Shown here: positions 41,804 to 50,144 of the stretch, piece after piece
How positions within the stretch are numbered: the stretch's first letter is position 1
Layout of the letters: each line of letters begins with the position of its first letter
DNA from: an uncultured Gammaproteobacteria bacterium
Lineage (GTDB): Bacteria; Pseudomonadota; Gammaproteobacteria; Pseudomonadales; JAHEGP01
Direction: 5' to 3'
NCBI GenBank assembly: GCA_963792875.1
Contig: CAWBXV010000002.1
Coordinates: forward strand, 790,335-854,334
DNA length: 64,000 nt
Position numbers and translations under genes: made by a program
The notes under the pieces: generated by a model
What the model was told of the DNA's origin: nothing
The model's database searches: none
What the model saw: only the letters and a program-made list of their open reading frames with translations

Positions 41804-43083
41804 GGCAACCTTCCCGCAAACAGCCCGCTCTCGCCCTCGCTGCGGGCAATACATACCGCACAGCACGAATCACTGAACACATTCACCGCGGTCCGCAGCA
41901 TATCGAGCAGGCGATCGGTCACCATGAGCAGGGCGATACCGTCCAGCGGAATTCCCACCGCGCCCAGGATGATAGAGATGGCAACCAGGCTGGCCGAGGG
42001 AATTCCGGCGACCCCTATCGAGGTCAACAGGGCGATCACGACGATGAGCAGCTGCTGCGCAAAACTCAGGTCGACGCCGTACACCTGTGCGAGAAAGATG
42101 GCGGCCACGCACTCGTAGAGGGCCGTGCCATCCATGTTGACCGTCGCCCCCAGCGGCAGCACAAAGCTGGAGGTGCGCTGCGACACCCCGGCGTTTTTTT
42201 CGACGCACTCGATGGTCACCGGCAGCGTCGCGGAGCTGGACGCCGTGGAAAAAGCCGTCAGCAGGGCCGGACCCATCGCCTGGAAATGCCACGCGGGGTT
42301 GATCCGACCGATCAGCAGCAGCGCCAGGGGCAGCGCCACCAGCACATGCACAGACAGCGCCAGCACCACGGTGACAAAGAAGGCGAACATCGGGCCGATC
42401 AGATCGAAGCCGGCTGCGGCCATGGTCTTGGCGACCAGCCCGAACACGCCAATCGGCGCGAACTTCATCACCAGCATGGTCATCGCCATCATGACCCGGA
42501 ACACGCCCTCCCAGAAATTGTGCAGCGTGGTGCGGTAGGGCTCGTCTATGCGCTGTATGAACACGCCGAACAACAGACTGAAAAATATCAGGCCCAGCAT
42601 CTGCCCTTCGGCCGCAGCGTGAACCACGTTGGCGGGAATCATGCCGAGGAACACCTCGACGATATCACCAACGCCCCTGCCCTCTATGCGGCCCGCGACC
42701 GCCGCCGCATCCGCCTCGCTGATACCGAGGTGGGCCCGCTCGCCCAGGGGTTGGCCATCGACCAGACCCGGCGCCAGCGCGTTCACTGCGACCAGCCCGA
42801 TCAGTATGGCGCAGGTGCTGGTGAGCAGATAGAACGCCAGCGTCTTGCCGCCCATGCGCCCCAGATTGCCCTGCCCCAGATTGCTGGCGCCGGTGATGAT
42901 CGACGCCGATATCAGGGGCACGATGATCATTTTCAGGGCATTGAGGAACAACTCGCCGATGAAACCGAATACATCACTGCTGCGGATGCCGAGCCATTCG
43001 CCATCCGGCCCGCACCAGATGCCCGCCGCGGCGCCCAGGAGAATGGCAATCAGAATCTGCCAGTGGAGCTTGAGGTCTCTCAC
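41800..43083 (-). CDS. dicarboxylate/amino acid:cation symporter (DAACS/SDF family)
   Basis: Multi-TM protein with family motifs (ASSSATLPVT, GATVNMDGTALYE, GIPSASLV, MLRTAVNVFSD). Confidence 0.88.
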   Translation of the reverse strand: MRDLKLHWQILIAILLGAAAGIWCGPDGEWLGIRSSDVFGFIGELFLNALKMIIVPLISASIITGASNLGQGNLGRMGGKTLAFYLLTSTCAILIGLVAVNALAPGLVDGQPLGERAHLGISEADAAAVAGRIEGRGVGDIVEVFLGMIPANVVHAAAEGQMLGLIFFSLLFGVFIQRIDEPYRTTLHNFWEGVFRVMMAMTMLVMKFAPIGVFGLVAKTMAAAGFDLIGPMFAFFVTVVLALSVHVLVALPLALLLIGRINPAWHFQAMGPALLTAFSTASSSATLPVTIECVEKNAGVSQRTSSFVLPLGATVNMDGTALYECVAAIFLAQVYGVDLSFAQQLLIVVIALLTSIGVAGIPSASLVAISIILGAVGIPLDGIALLMVTDRLLDMLRTAVNVFSDSCCAVCIARSEGESGLFAGRLP

Positions 43084-43102
43084 AGCGTTGACTTACTCTC
43101 AA

Positions 43103-44479
43103 TCAGGCCAGAATCGGCGGAAGTTCCTTCTGCAGGCGCAGCTTTTCGCGGGTGCCGTCCCCGGTCAGCGCAAAGCCCAGCAGCTGTCCACCGGCATCGC
43201 GGAATTCGGCGACGACATCGTTGCCGTTCTGCTGAATCTGCCACTGGCCGCTCGCGTCCCTGGGCGGCGGGCTGACCACCACCGGGCAGACCGGCGTCTT
43301 GATGGTTACCGGCATGGCGGGATAGCTGACCGGCGTCGCCTCGCCGGCAAGGGTCTTGCCCAGGGCCTTGGCAGCCGCCATCAACGGCGCGACGTACACC
43401 AGCACCTGGCCGTCGACTTCGGCACAATCGCCCATGGCGTAGACGTTGGGAGCGCTGGTCTGCAGATTGCGGTCGGTGACGATGCCGCGGCGGCAGTCGA
43501 TGCCGGCCGCCCGCGCCAGCTCCGTGCGCGGGCGCACTCCCACGGCCGAGATGACGACGTCCGCTTCGACCGCAGCGCCACTGCTCAGCTCCACCACCAG
43601 GCCAGTCCCCTCGGCGCGGCGGTTGACTGCCCGCACCAACGGCCCGAAATGAAACGTCGCGCCGTGTTCTTCCAGCGCCCGCTGCACGGCGCGCCCGGCC
43701 GGCTCCGGCAACAGTGTCGGCAGGCACCAGGTCAGGGGATCCACCGCTTCAACGGCAAAACCGCCATTGAGCAGATCATTGGTGAATTCGCACCCGATGA
43801 GCCCGGCACCGATGATGCAGACTTTTTTGACGTCATTCCGGGCAATGGCCTGGCGGAAGTCGGCATAGTCCATGAGATCGTTGATGGAATAGACGTAGTC
43901 GCGCGCGTCGCCTTCGAGCGGCGGGGTGATGGTGTCCGCGCCCAGCGCGAGCACCAGCTTGCGGTAGTGCAGCACCGCCTCGTCCTCTCCCAGCTTGATG
44001 CACTGCTGCGCCGTATCGATGCTGGTCACCCGCGTCATCGTCCAGACTTTGGCCTGCAGCTGCTTGGCCATGGTGCCTGCATCACCCTGCACCAGCCCGT
44101 CGGCGTCCTTGCCCTTGGTGAAGCCCGTGGACAACATGGGCTTGGAATAGGCGCGGCCGTCGTCGGCCGTGATCACCACCACGGGGGTGTCTTTATCGTG
44201 CTTGCGGAATTCCTTGACCAGGCTGTAGCCGGCCAGACCGCTGCCGATAATGACGACCGGCGCCGCCTCGAGATTGATCTCGCTCCTGGCATGATGCGGC
44301 GCGGCTTCCACCACCGCCTCTTCGATCAGCTGGAAGTCTTCCTTGCCCACGCCGCAGTCCGGACAGATCCAATCGGCGGGAATATCTGCCCAGAGGGTGC
44401 CCGCCGCGATACCCGAGTCCGGCAAACCTTCGGTCTCGTCGTAAATCCAACCACAGACAATGCACTCATACCTGGCCAT
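43103..44479 (-). CDS. rubredoxin fused to FAD-dependent rubredoxin-NAD(+) reductase
   Basis: N-terminal rubredoxin YECIVCGWIYDE...WICPDCG (CxxCG...CPxCG), followed by FAD motif VVIIGSGLAGYS and NAD motif VCIIGAGLIGCEF of the pyridine nucleotide-disulfide oxidoreductase family. Confidence 0.85.
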   Translation of the reverse strand: MARYECIVCGWIYDETEGLPDSGIAAGTLWADIPADWICPDCGVGKEDFQLIEEAVVEAAPHHARSEINLEAAPVVIIGSGLAGYSLVKEFRKHDKDTPVVVITADDGRAYSKPMLSTGFTKGKDADGLVQGDAGTMAKQLQAKVWTMTRVTSIDTAQQCIKLGEDEAVLHYRKLVLALGADTITPPLEGDARDYVYSINDLMDYADFRQAIARNDVKKVCIIGAGLIGCEFTNDLLNGGFAVEAVDPLTWCLPTLLPEPAGRAVQRALEEHGATFHFGPLVRAVNRRAEGTGLVVELSSGAAVEADVVISAVGVRPRTELARAAGIDCRRGIVTDRNLQTSAPNVYAMGDCAEVDGQVLVYVAPLMAAAKALGKTLAGEATPVSYPAMPVTIKTPVCPVVVSPPPRDASGQWQIQQNGNDVVAEFRDAGGQLLGFALTGDGTREKLRLQKELPPILA

Positions 44480-44633
44480 CTAAACCCCCTATCGCTGTGC
44501 TCACAGGCCCCCCAGCGCGGGCCGCCGGCGCGGTCCGCTGGCAGGCCCGCAGCCTTGGAGATCCCTTGCAAGTTGCCGCAAATTGGCGCATTCTCCGCCC
44601 CGCCTTGCGTCCGGAAGAGTCTGTGCCAGTGCT

Positions 44634-45239
44634 ATGAAAGACCGCGTATTGTACGTTCAATCCCATCGCGCGCAACAGTCGAGGGGAGTGATTTGGCGGG
44701 ACCTCGGCCATGCGCGCCAGCAGATACCGGAAGACGTGACCCACTGGCTGCTCGACGAGGGATCGCTCACCCAGCGCCTGCAGTGCTGCAGCGGGGGACA
44801 GTTCAGTGTACTGCTGCTCAGCCAGCGGTGGGCGCGGCCGTCACCGGACGAACGGGAAATCATGCAGATGCGCGACCGCGAGGTGGCCCAGGTGCGCCAG
44901 ACCCTGCTGCGGGTGAATGGCCAACCCTGGGTATTCGCGCGCTCGATCATACCCCGGGAATCGCTGCGCGGCGTCAACCGGCACCTGTGCCACCTCGGTA
45001 ACCGCTCCCTGGGGTCCTGGCTGTTTCAGGCACCCGACCTGCGGCGCTCGCACTTCCAGGTGGCACACATCGATCCGCACAGCAAGCTGGTCCCCGGCGA
45101 ACTGCAGCAGGGCGCCTCGCTGTGGGGGCGCCGCTCCCGCTTCGAAGTGGGCAGCGCCGCGCTGCTGGTCAGCGAGGTGTTCCTGCCCGCTTTCAGGCCG
45201 TGGCCGCGAACGCTCTCGACCCGGCCCGGCACCTGCTGA
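44634..45239 (+). CDS. ubiC: chorismate pyruvate-lyase
   Basis: WLLDEGSLTQRL, RQTLLRVNGQPWVFARSIIP and LGNRSLGSWLF. Immediately upstream of ubiA. Confidence 0.8.
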   Translation: MKDRVLYVQSHRAQQSRGVIWRDLGHARQQIPEDVTHWLLDEGSLTQRLQCCSGGQFSVLLLSQRWARPSPDEREIMQMRDREVAQVRQTLLRVNGQPWVFARSIIPRESLRGVNRHLCHLGNRSLGSWLFQAPDLRRSHFQVAHIDPHSKLVPGELQQGASLWGRRSRFEVGSAALLVSEVFLPAFRPWPRTLSTRPGTC

Positions 45240-45294
45240 CATGCCGGCGCGCACCGACCCAGCGAAGAGCGGACGGGAGACCGGCGGGAGGCTG

Positions 45295-46158
45295 ATGGAC
45301 CGCCTGCACGTGTACGCCCGGCTGATGCGCCTGGACCGGCCTATCGGTATCTACCTCCTGCTGTGGCCCTGCCTGTGGGCGCTGTGGCTGGCGGCAGCCG
45401 GCGCACCGGACTGGCGCATCCTGCTGATTTTCGTCAGCGGCACGGTGCTGATGCGCTCGGCGGGGTGCGTCATCAACGACTTTGCGGACCGGCGTTTCGA
45501 TCCTCACGTACAGCGCACCCGGGACCGACCCCTGGCGACCGGTGCCGTGTCACCGGGCGAGGCGCTGGCGCTGTTCTGCCTGCTATGCCTGGCCGCGTTC
45601 GGCCTGGTGCTGCTGACCAACCGCCTCACCGTTGCCCTGAGCTTCTGCGCCGTCGGCCTGGCCGCCTGCTACCCCTTCATGAAGCGCTACACGCAGCTGC
45701 CGCAGCTGGTGCTCGGCGCGGCCTTCTCGTTTTCCATTCCCATGGCCTTCAGCGCCCAGCAGGGCGCCCTGCCGGCGGCACTATGGCTGGTCTTTGCCGC
45801 CAATATCTCCTGGACCGTGGCCTACGACACCTTCTATGCCATGGTGGACCGCGACGATGACCTGCGGATTGGCGTTAAATCCACCGCCATTCTGTTCGGT
45901 CCGCGCGATCGCGCCGCCACCGCCTGCCTGCAGGCGGGCTTTATCATCCTCATGATACTGGCAGGCCGGCAATTTGGGCTGGGGCCGCTGTATTACGGCG
46001 CACTTGCGCTGGCAGCAGGCCTGTTCGCGCAACAGCAGTACCGCATTCGCACCCGTGACCGGGCGGCCTGCTTCCAGGCCTTTCTGGAGAACAATCGCGT
46101 CGGTGCCATAGTCTTCCTGGGCCTGCTGCTGGACTACCACCTGCCGCTGGCGACCTGA
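45295..46158 (+). CDS. ubiA: 4-hydroxybenzoate polyprenyltransferase
   Basis: YARLMRLDRPIGIYLLLWP and Asp-rich motif NDFADRRFD. ATG 45295 has GGGAGG 5 nt upstream. An alternative ATG lies at 45241. The ORF-track start at 44917 overlaps ubiC. Confidence 0.92.
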   Translation: MDRLHVYARLMRLDRPIGIYLLLWPCLWALWLAAAGAPDWRILLIFVSGTVLMRSAGCVINDFADRRFDPHVQRTRDRPLATGAVSPGEALALFCLLCLAAFGLVLLTNRLTVALSFCAVGLAACYPFMKRYTQLPQLVLGAAFSFSIPMAFSAQQGALPAALWLVFAANISWTVAYDTFYAMVDRDDDLRIGVKSTAILFGPRDRAATACLQAGFIILMILAGRQFGLGPLYYGALALAAGLFAQQQYRIRTRDRAACFQAFLENNRVGAIVFLGLLLDYHLPLAT

Positions 46159-46169
46159 TCGCACGACGC

Positions 46170-47315
46170 CTACCGTTTGAAGGGCAGCAGTTCGCGGGCA
46201 GCCTGCCGGTAGCGCTCAACCTCGGCGCCGTCCTCAACCAGAAAGCGCTCAATGGCCTGACGAAAGCCCGGGTGGGCAATCCAGTGGCAGGACCAGGTAT
46301 CGCAGGGCTCAAAGCCCCGCTGAATCTTGTGTTCGCCCTGCGCCCCCGAGTCGAAGCGGCTCAGGCCGTGCTCGATACAATACTCGATGCCGCGGTAGTA
46401 GCAGGCCTCGAAGTGCAGATTGTCAAATTCCCTCGTACAGCCCCAGTAGCGGCCGTACAGGTTGTGCTGGTCGCGCAGGCTGAGGGCACCGCCCACTTCC
46501 CGGCCGTCGTGCCGCGCCATCACCAGCACGAGCTGATCCGCCATCACCGTGCCGAGGCGCTCGAAGAATGAGCGGTTCAGATAGCCGCCGTGCCCGCTGC
46601 GCTTGGCATAGGTCAGCTGGTAAAAGGTAAAAAAGTGATCCCAGTGCTCGGTGGTGATCTCGGCCCCCGAGTAAGTGGTCAGCGTCAGCCCCTGCTCGGC
46701 AACGCGAGCCCGCTCCCTTCTCACCGCCTTGCGCTTGCGGGAGCTGAAGCGTTCCAGGAAATCGTCGAAATCCCGATAGCCGCGATTGTGCCAATGGAAC
46801 TGCACGCCCCTGCGCAACAGCAGACCGCTGTCCACCAGCGACTCTGCCAGTGCCTGCCGGGGGAACAGCACATGCCATGAAGAGCCGCCGCCCTCATCGA
46901 GCAGGGTACCGATGCCATCGACCAGGTGGCGCAGCACAGTGGCCTCATTCACACCGTCGGCCACGCACAGACGGGGACCGGTAACGGGCGTGAAGGGAAT
47001 GGCCGCGACCAGCTTGGGATAGTACTCCATGCCATGGCGATGGTAGGCACCGGCCCAGGCGTGGTCAAAGACGTACTCCCCGTAGCTGTGCCCCTTGCGA
47101 TACATGGGCATGAAAGCCACCGGCACGCCGTGGCGATACACCACGGCGTGCGCTACCTGCCAACCCGTCGCCGCGGTGGTCGCGCCCGAGTGTTCCAGCG
47201 CCTGCAGGAACTCGTGGCGCACGAACGGGTAGTCGGTGGCCGCGATCCGGTTCCACTGTGCGGCAGGCACTGCGTCTATGGAGGCGATAAAGCGCAATTT
47301 CCACATGGCGGGCAC
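46170..47315 (-). CDS. FemAB-like/GNAT-fold N-acyltransferase family protein (DUF482)
   Basis: IDAVPAAQWNRIAATDYPFVRHEFLQALEHSG, YGEYVFDHAW and YRGIEYCIEHGLSRFDSGAQGEHKIQRGF match my memory of the DUF482 family. The start is either GTG 47315 or ATG 47306. Confidence 0.78.
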   Translation of the reverse strand: MPAMWKLRFIASIDAVPAAQWNRIAATDYPFVRHEFLQALEHSGATTAATGWQVAHAVVYRHGVPVAFMPMYRKGHSYGEYVFDHAWAGAYHRHGMEYYPKLVAAIPFTPVTGPRLCVADGVNEATVLRHLVDGIGTLLDEGGGSSWHVLFPRQALAESLVDSGLLLRRGVQFHWHNRGYRDFDDFLERFSSRKRKAVRRERARVAEQGLTLTTYSGAEITTEHWDHFFTFYQLTYAKRSGHGGYLNRSFFERLGTVMADQLVLVMARHDGREVGGALSLRDQHNLYGRYWGCTREFDNLHFEACYYRGIEYCIEHGLSRFDSGAQGEHKIQRGFEPCDTWSCHWIAHPGFRQAIERFLVEDGAEVERYRQAARELLPFKR

Positions 47316-47652
47316 TCAAAGACCGGTTTACGCGACGTGCGCCCATGATAGATCAGACCGGGTGGTGATTGTGTTCGAGTTCTCCACCAGAACGCGTGCC
47401 GTCGCCCGATACTGAGCATCGCCGAAAGCGGTGCCGGCCAGGCGAGGTATGCTTGGTGATACCAGTTTTCGCCAGCGCACCCCGGGTCGCCTGAACTGAG
47501 CCCGGCAACTCCAAGCGCACCAGACTATCGGGCGCCAATGGCCGGGCACATCAGCGAACTCGTCATCGCCTGGCGGTAGTAGGGTGACCGATCGAAAGCT
47601 GGCAGCTAGCATCCGCTTGTCACTGACGCTATCAATACCAGGGTCCCTTACC

Positions 47653-48720
47653 ATGTCCATACTCTGCCTCGATACTCTCGCCAAGCTCTACCCTTTCAAT
47701 GAATTCTCCACGCCCCAACTCGAACAACTGCTGCCCAAAGGTGAGGTCATTGAATGCCAGCAGGGCTGTGCCATTCTGCGCAAGCACAAAACGAGCCAAC
47801 ACTCGCACTATCTGATCGACGGACTGGTGGAGGTGCGATCCTCCTTCTTCGAACGTTACCAGCTGCTCCCTGCCGAAGCGCGCGCCCGGCAACCGCTCGA
47901 GGATCTTGCCGGTCAGGAGGCACAGGTCACAGCGCTGGAACACTGCCGGCTGGTGCGCTTTCTGACCAGCGATATCGTCGCCGCGTCATTGCTCGTGCCG
48001 CCACCGGACTACGAAGTCGACGCCGAGCGGGACGACGCGCTCGACGGCGCCTACGTCGTGGAGGACTCGTCACTGCATGCAGACTGGATGTCGGCGTTCC
48101 TGCATTCCCCCCTTGTCAATCACGTCTCCGCCCGGGACATCCAGCAGCTGCTCACCAGCATCGAGGATGTGACCTTTGACGCCGGGCAGCGCGTCGTCAG
48201 CGCAGGCGAGTACGGCGATTACTTCTACATCGTCAAAAGCGGCCTGGCCGTGGTTCAGACCGACCCCAACGGCCCCTACCGGGGCCGCGAATTCAGCCTG
48301 CTGCCGGGCAGCTACTTTGGCGAAGAGGCGCTGGTGGGCAACACGATCCGCAATGCGGAGGTCTACATGGAGTCCAAGGGCGTGCTCGGGCGCATCGACC
48401 AGGAGGCGTTCAACACCTTCATCCGCGATTCGCTGGTGGTGAGGGCCCGGGCAGAGAACGTCAATTTTGTGCTGGAGTCCCCCGGCGACCACAGCGTCAT
48501 CCTGGATGTGAGGCTCTACCCCGAGTACCGCACCAGCCATCGCAAGAACAGCACCAATGTGCCGCTGGCCGCGCTGCGGGAGAGGCTGGAGCAGATGGAC
48601 ATCGGCAAACACTACTACATCACCCCGGAGGGCGGCCCCCGCAGCGAACTGGCGACCTTCCTGATGCGCCAGGCCGGCTTCAACGCGGTGCTCATTCAGG
48701 AGGGGGGCGAGCCCGCCTGA
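47653..48720 (+). CDS. tandem cyclic-nucleotide-binding-domain protein with a C-terminal cysteine-less rhodanese-homology domain
   Basis: The second cNMP domain is clear (FYIVKSGLAVV...FGEEALVGNTIRNAEV). The first is more divergent. The C-terminus VILDVRLYPEYRTSHRKNSTNVPL...YYITPEGGPRSELATFLMRQAGFNAVLIQEGG has rhodanese architecture but no Cys in the active-site loop. Confidence 0.75.
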   Translation: MSILCLDTLAKLYPFNEFSTPQLEQLLPKGEVIECQQGCAILRKHKTSQHSHYLIDGLVEVRSSFFERYQLLPAEARARQPLEDLAGQEAQVTALEHCRLVRFLTSDIVAASLLVPPPDYEVDAERDDALDGAYVVEDSSLHADWMSAFLHSPLVNHVSARDIQQLLTSIEDVTFDAGQRVVSAGEYGDYFYIVKSGLAVVQTDPNGPYRGREFSLLPGSYFGEEALVGNTIRNAEVYMESKGVLGRIDQEAFNTFIRDSLVVRARAENVNFVLESPGDHSVILDVRLYPEYRTSHRKNSTNVPLAALRERLEQMDIGKHYYITPEGGPRSELATFLMRQAGFNAVLIQEGGEPA

Positions 48721-49322
48721 GCGCGCCGCCAGCACAGCAGGCGGTTGTTGGCGGGCATGGCGTGATCGGCCTGCAGCCAGAGGCCCGCCGCCTCCGCCAG
48801 CTGATTGACCGCCTCGAAGCAGCGCACGCCGCTGCGGGGGTCGCGCTCCCGCAGCCATCGATCGAAGTGGGCGTTGCCCGGACTTGGGGCCACCCCGCTA
48901 TAGAGAAAGGGACCGTAGACACACAGCGCGCCCCCGCCGGGCAGATAGCGCCCCGCCCCGTCGAAGAGCGCGGCCACGGCCTCCCAATCCATAATGTGCA
49001 GGGTGTTGGCCGTGAAGATGCCATCTGCCGCCGTCACCGGCCAGGCGGCGCCTTTGACGTCCAGCACCAGGGGCGGGCCGACATTGGCGAGGCCGCTGCG
49101 CTCGAGCCGCCGACGAATGCCCTCACAGTGCTCCGGCAGGTCGCTGGTCTGCCAGAACAGGTGGCGCATGCGCCCGGCAAAGAAGGCGGCGTGCTGACCC
49201 GTGCCGCTGCCGATCTCAAGAATGCGGCGGCTATAGGCAAACTCGCGGCGCAGCGCGCCGAGGATGGGCTCCTTGTTGTTTTCACAGGCCTGGGAGAAGG
49301 GCAGCGTCACGGCTGGCACCAT
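48696..49322 (-). CDS. DUF938-family SAM-dependent methyltransferase-like protein
   Basis: PFSQACENNKEPIL and ILEIGSGTGQHAAFFA (motif I). ATG 49322 overlaps the yaaA stop (ATGA). The 3' end overlaps the convergent gene by 25 nt. Confidence 0.8.
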   Translation of the reverse strand: MVPAVTLPFSQACENNKEPILGALRREFAYSRRILEIGSGTGQHAAFFAGRMRHLFWQTSDLPEHCEGIRRRLERSGLANVGPPLVLDVKGAAWPVTAADGIFTANTLHIMDWEAVAALFDGAGRYLPGGGALCVYGPFLYSGVAPSPGNAHFDRWLRERDPRSGVRCFEAVNQLAEAAGLWLQADHAMPANNRLLCWRRAQAGSPPS

Positions 49323-50095
49323 CAGGGCGCTTCCCGGGTAAACACCCACTGCGACGGGCCTGACAGCGCGGGATTGTAGCGGTAGCCATCTTCGTCGAAC
49401 TGCTTGATGGACTCCGGCTCCAGCAGGCGCCGGCGGATAATGTAGGCCGCCATCCTGCCGCGGGCCCGCTTGGCAGCGAAGCTGATGATGCGATACTGGC
49501 CGGCCCGCTGCTCCTTGAACACCGGCGTGATGACCTCCGCCTGCAGCGCCGGCATCCGGACCGCCTTGAAGTACTCATTCGAAGCCAGATTGATCAGCAC
49601 AGGCGCCTCGACGGCCGCCAGTGCCGCCCGCAGCGCCAGCGCGATGGCGTCACCCCAGAACTGATAGAGGTTGCCGCCCCGCGCATTGACCAGGCGCGTG
49701 CCCATTTCTAGGCGATAGGCCTGTATCAGGTCCAGGGGGCGCAGCACGCCATACAATCCCGAGAGAATGCGCAGATGCGCCTGCGCGAAAGCAAAATCTC
49801 CGACGTCGAAGCCGTCCGCGTCGAGCCCCTGATAGACATCGCCCCGAAAGGCCAGCACGGCCTGCTTGGCGTTTTCGGGCGTGAAGGGGCGGGACCACGC
49901 CTGCAGGCGGTCGTAATTCAACCCGGCGAGCTGGTCGCTGATCGACATGAGCGACGCCAGCTGGTGGGGCGCCAGACGCCTCAGCTCATCGACCAGTTCC
50001 GCCGCATCCGGCAGAAAATCGGCCTGACTGAAGTCGCAGACGAGGTCCTGGGGCGCCAGATCGAGCGTCTTTGCCGGGGATAAGACGATAAGCAT
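49322..50095 (-). CDS. yaaA: peroxide stress protein YaaA (UPF0246)
   Basis: MLIVLSPAKTLD N-terminus, GDVYQGLDA and INLASNEYFKAV. Confidence 0.9.
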   Translation of the reverse strand: MLIVLSPAKTLDLAPQDLVCDFSQADFLPDAAELVDELRRLAPHQLASLMSISDQLAGLNYDRLQAWSRPFTPENAKQAVLAFRGDVYQGLDADGFDVGDFAFAQAHLRILSGLYGVLRPLDLIQAYRLEMGTRLVNARGGNLYQFWGDAIALALRAALAAVEAPVLINLASNEYFKAVRMPALQAEVITPVFKEQRAGQYRIISFAAKRARGRMAAYIIRRRLLEPESIKQFDEDGYRYNPALSGPSQWVFTREAP

Positions 50096-50144
50096 GGTGC
50101 AGCGGGTTCCCGGTGGGTCAATGGGTGGAGCAACCGGCTCGGGG

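Noticed and set aside
41497-45001. Two very long plus-strand ORFs (41497..43275, 592 aa; 42845..45001, 718 aa) that could be taken for large novel proteins.
   Set aside because: They are antisense shadows of the symporter and the rubredoxin-reductase fusion. Their composition is extremely Arg/Gly/Pro/Ala/His-biased and low-complexity, they have no start-site support, and the opposite-strand genes carry clear family motifs.
47368-47392. A T-loop-like GTTCGAGTTCTCC suggesting a tRNA or tRNA fragment (a possible integration-site scar).
   Set aside because: The flanking bases cannot form the 5-bp T-stem, and no acceptor, D or anticodon arms can be drawn on either strand.
47403-47534. Resemblance to a TPP riboswitch (a CTGAG word, and CCTGAACTGAGCCCGG...AGCG vaguely like the ACCUGAUCUGGAUAAUGCCAGCG core).
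   Set aside because: The conserved TPP core (CUGAGA plus the pyrimidine-sensor helix sequence) is not actually present. The spacing does not fit, and the downstream gene has no link to thiamine. Only the generic secondary-structure observation is retained.
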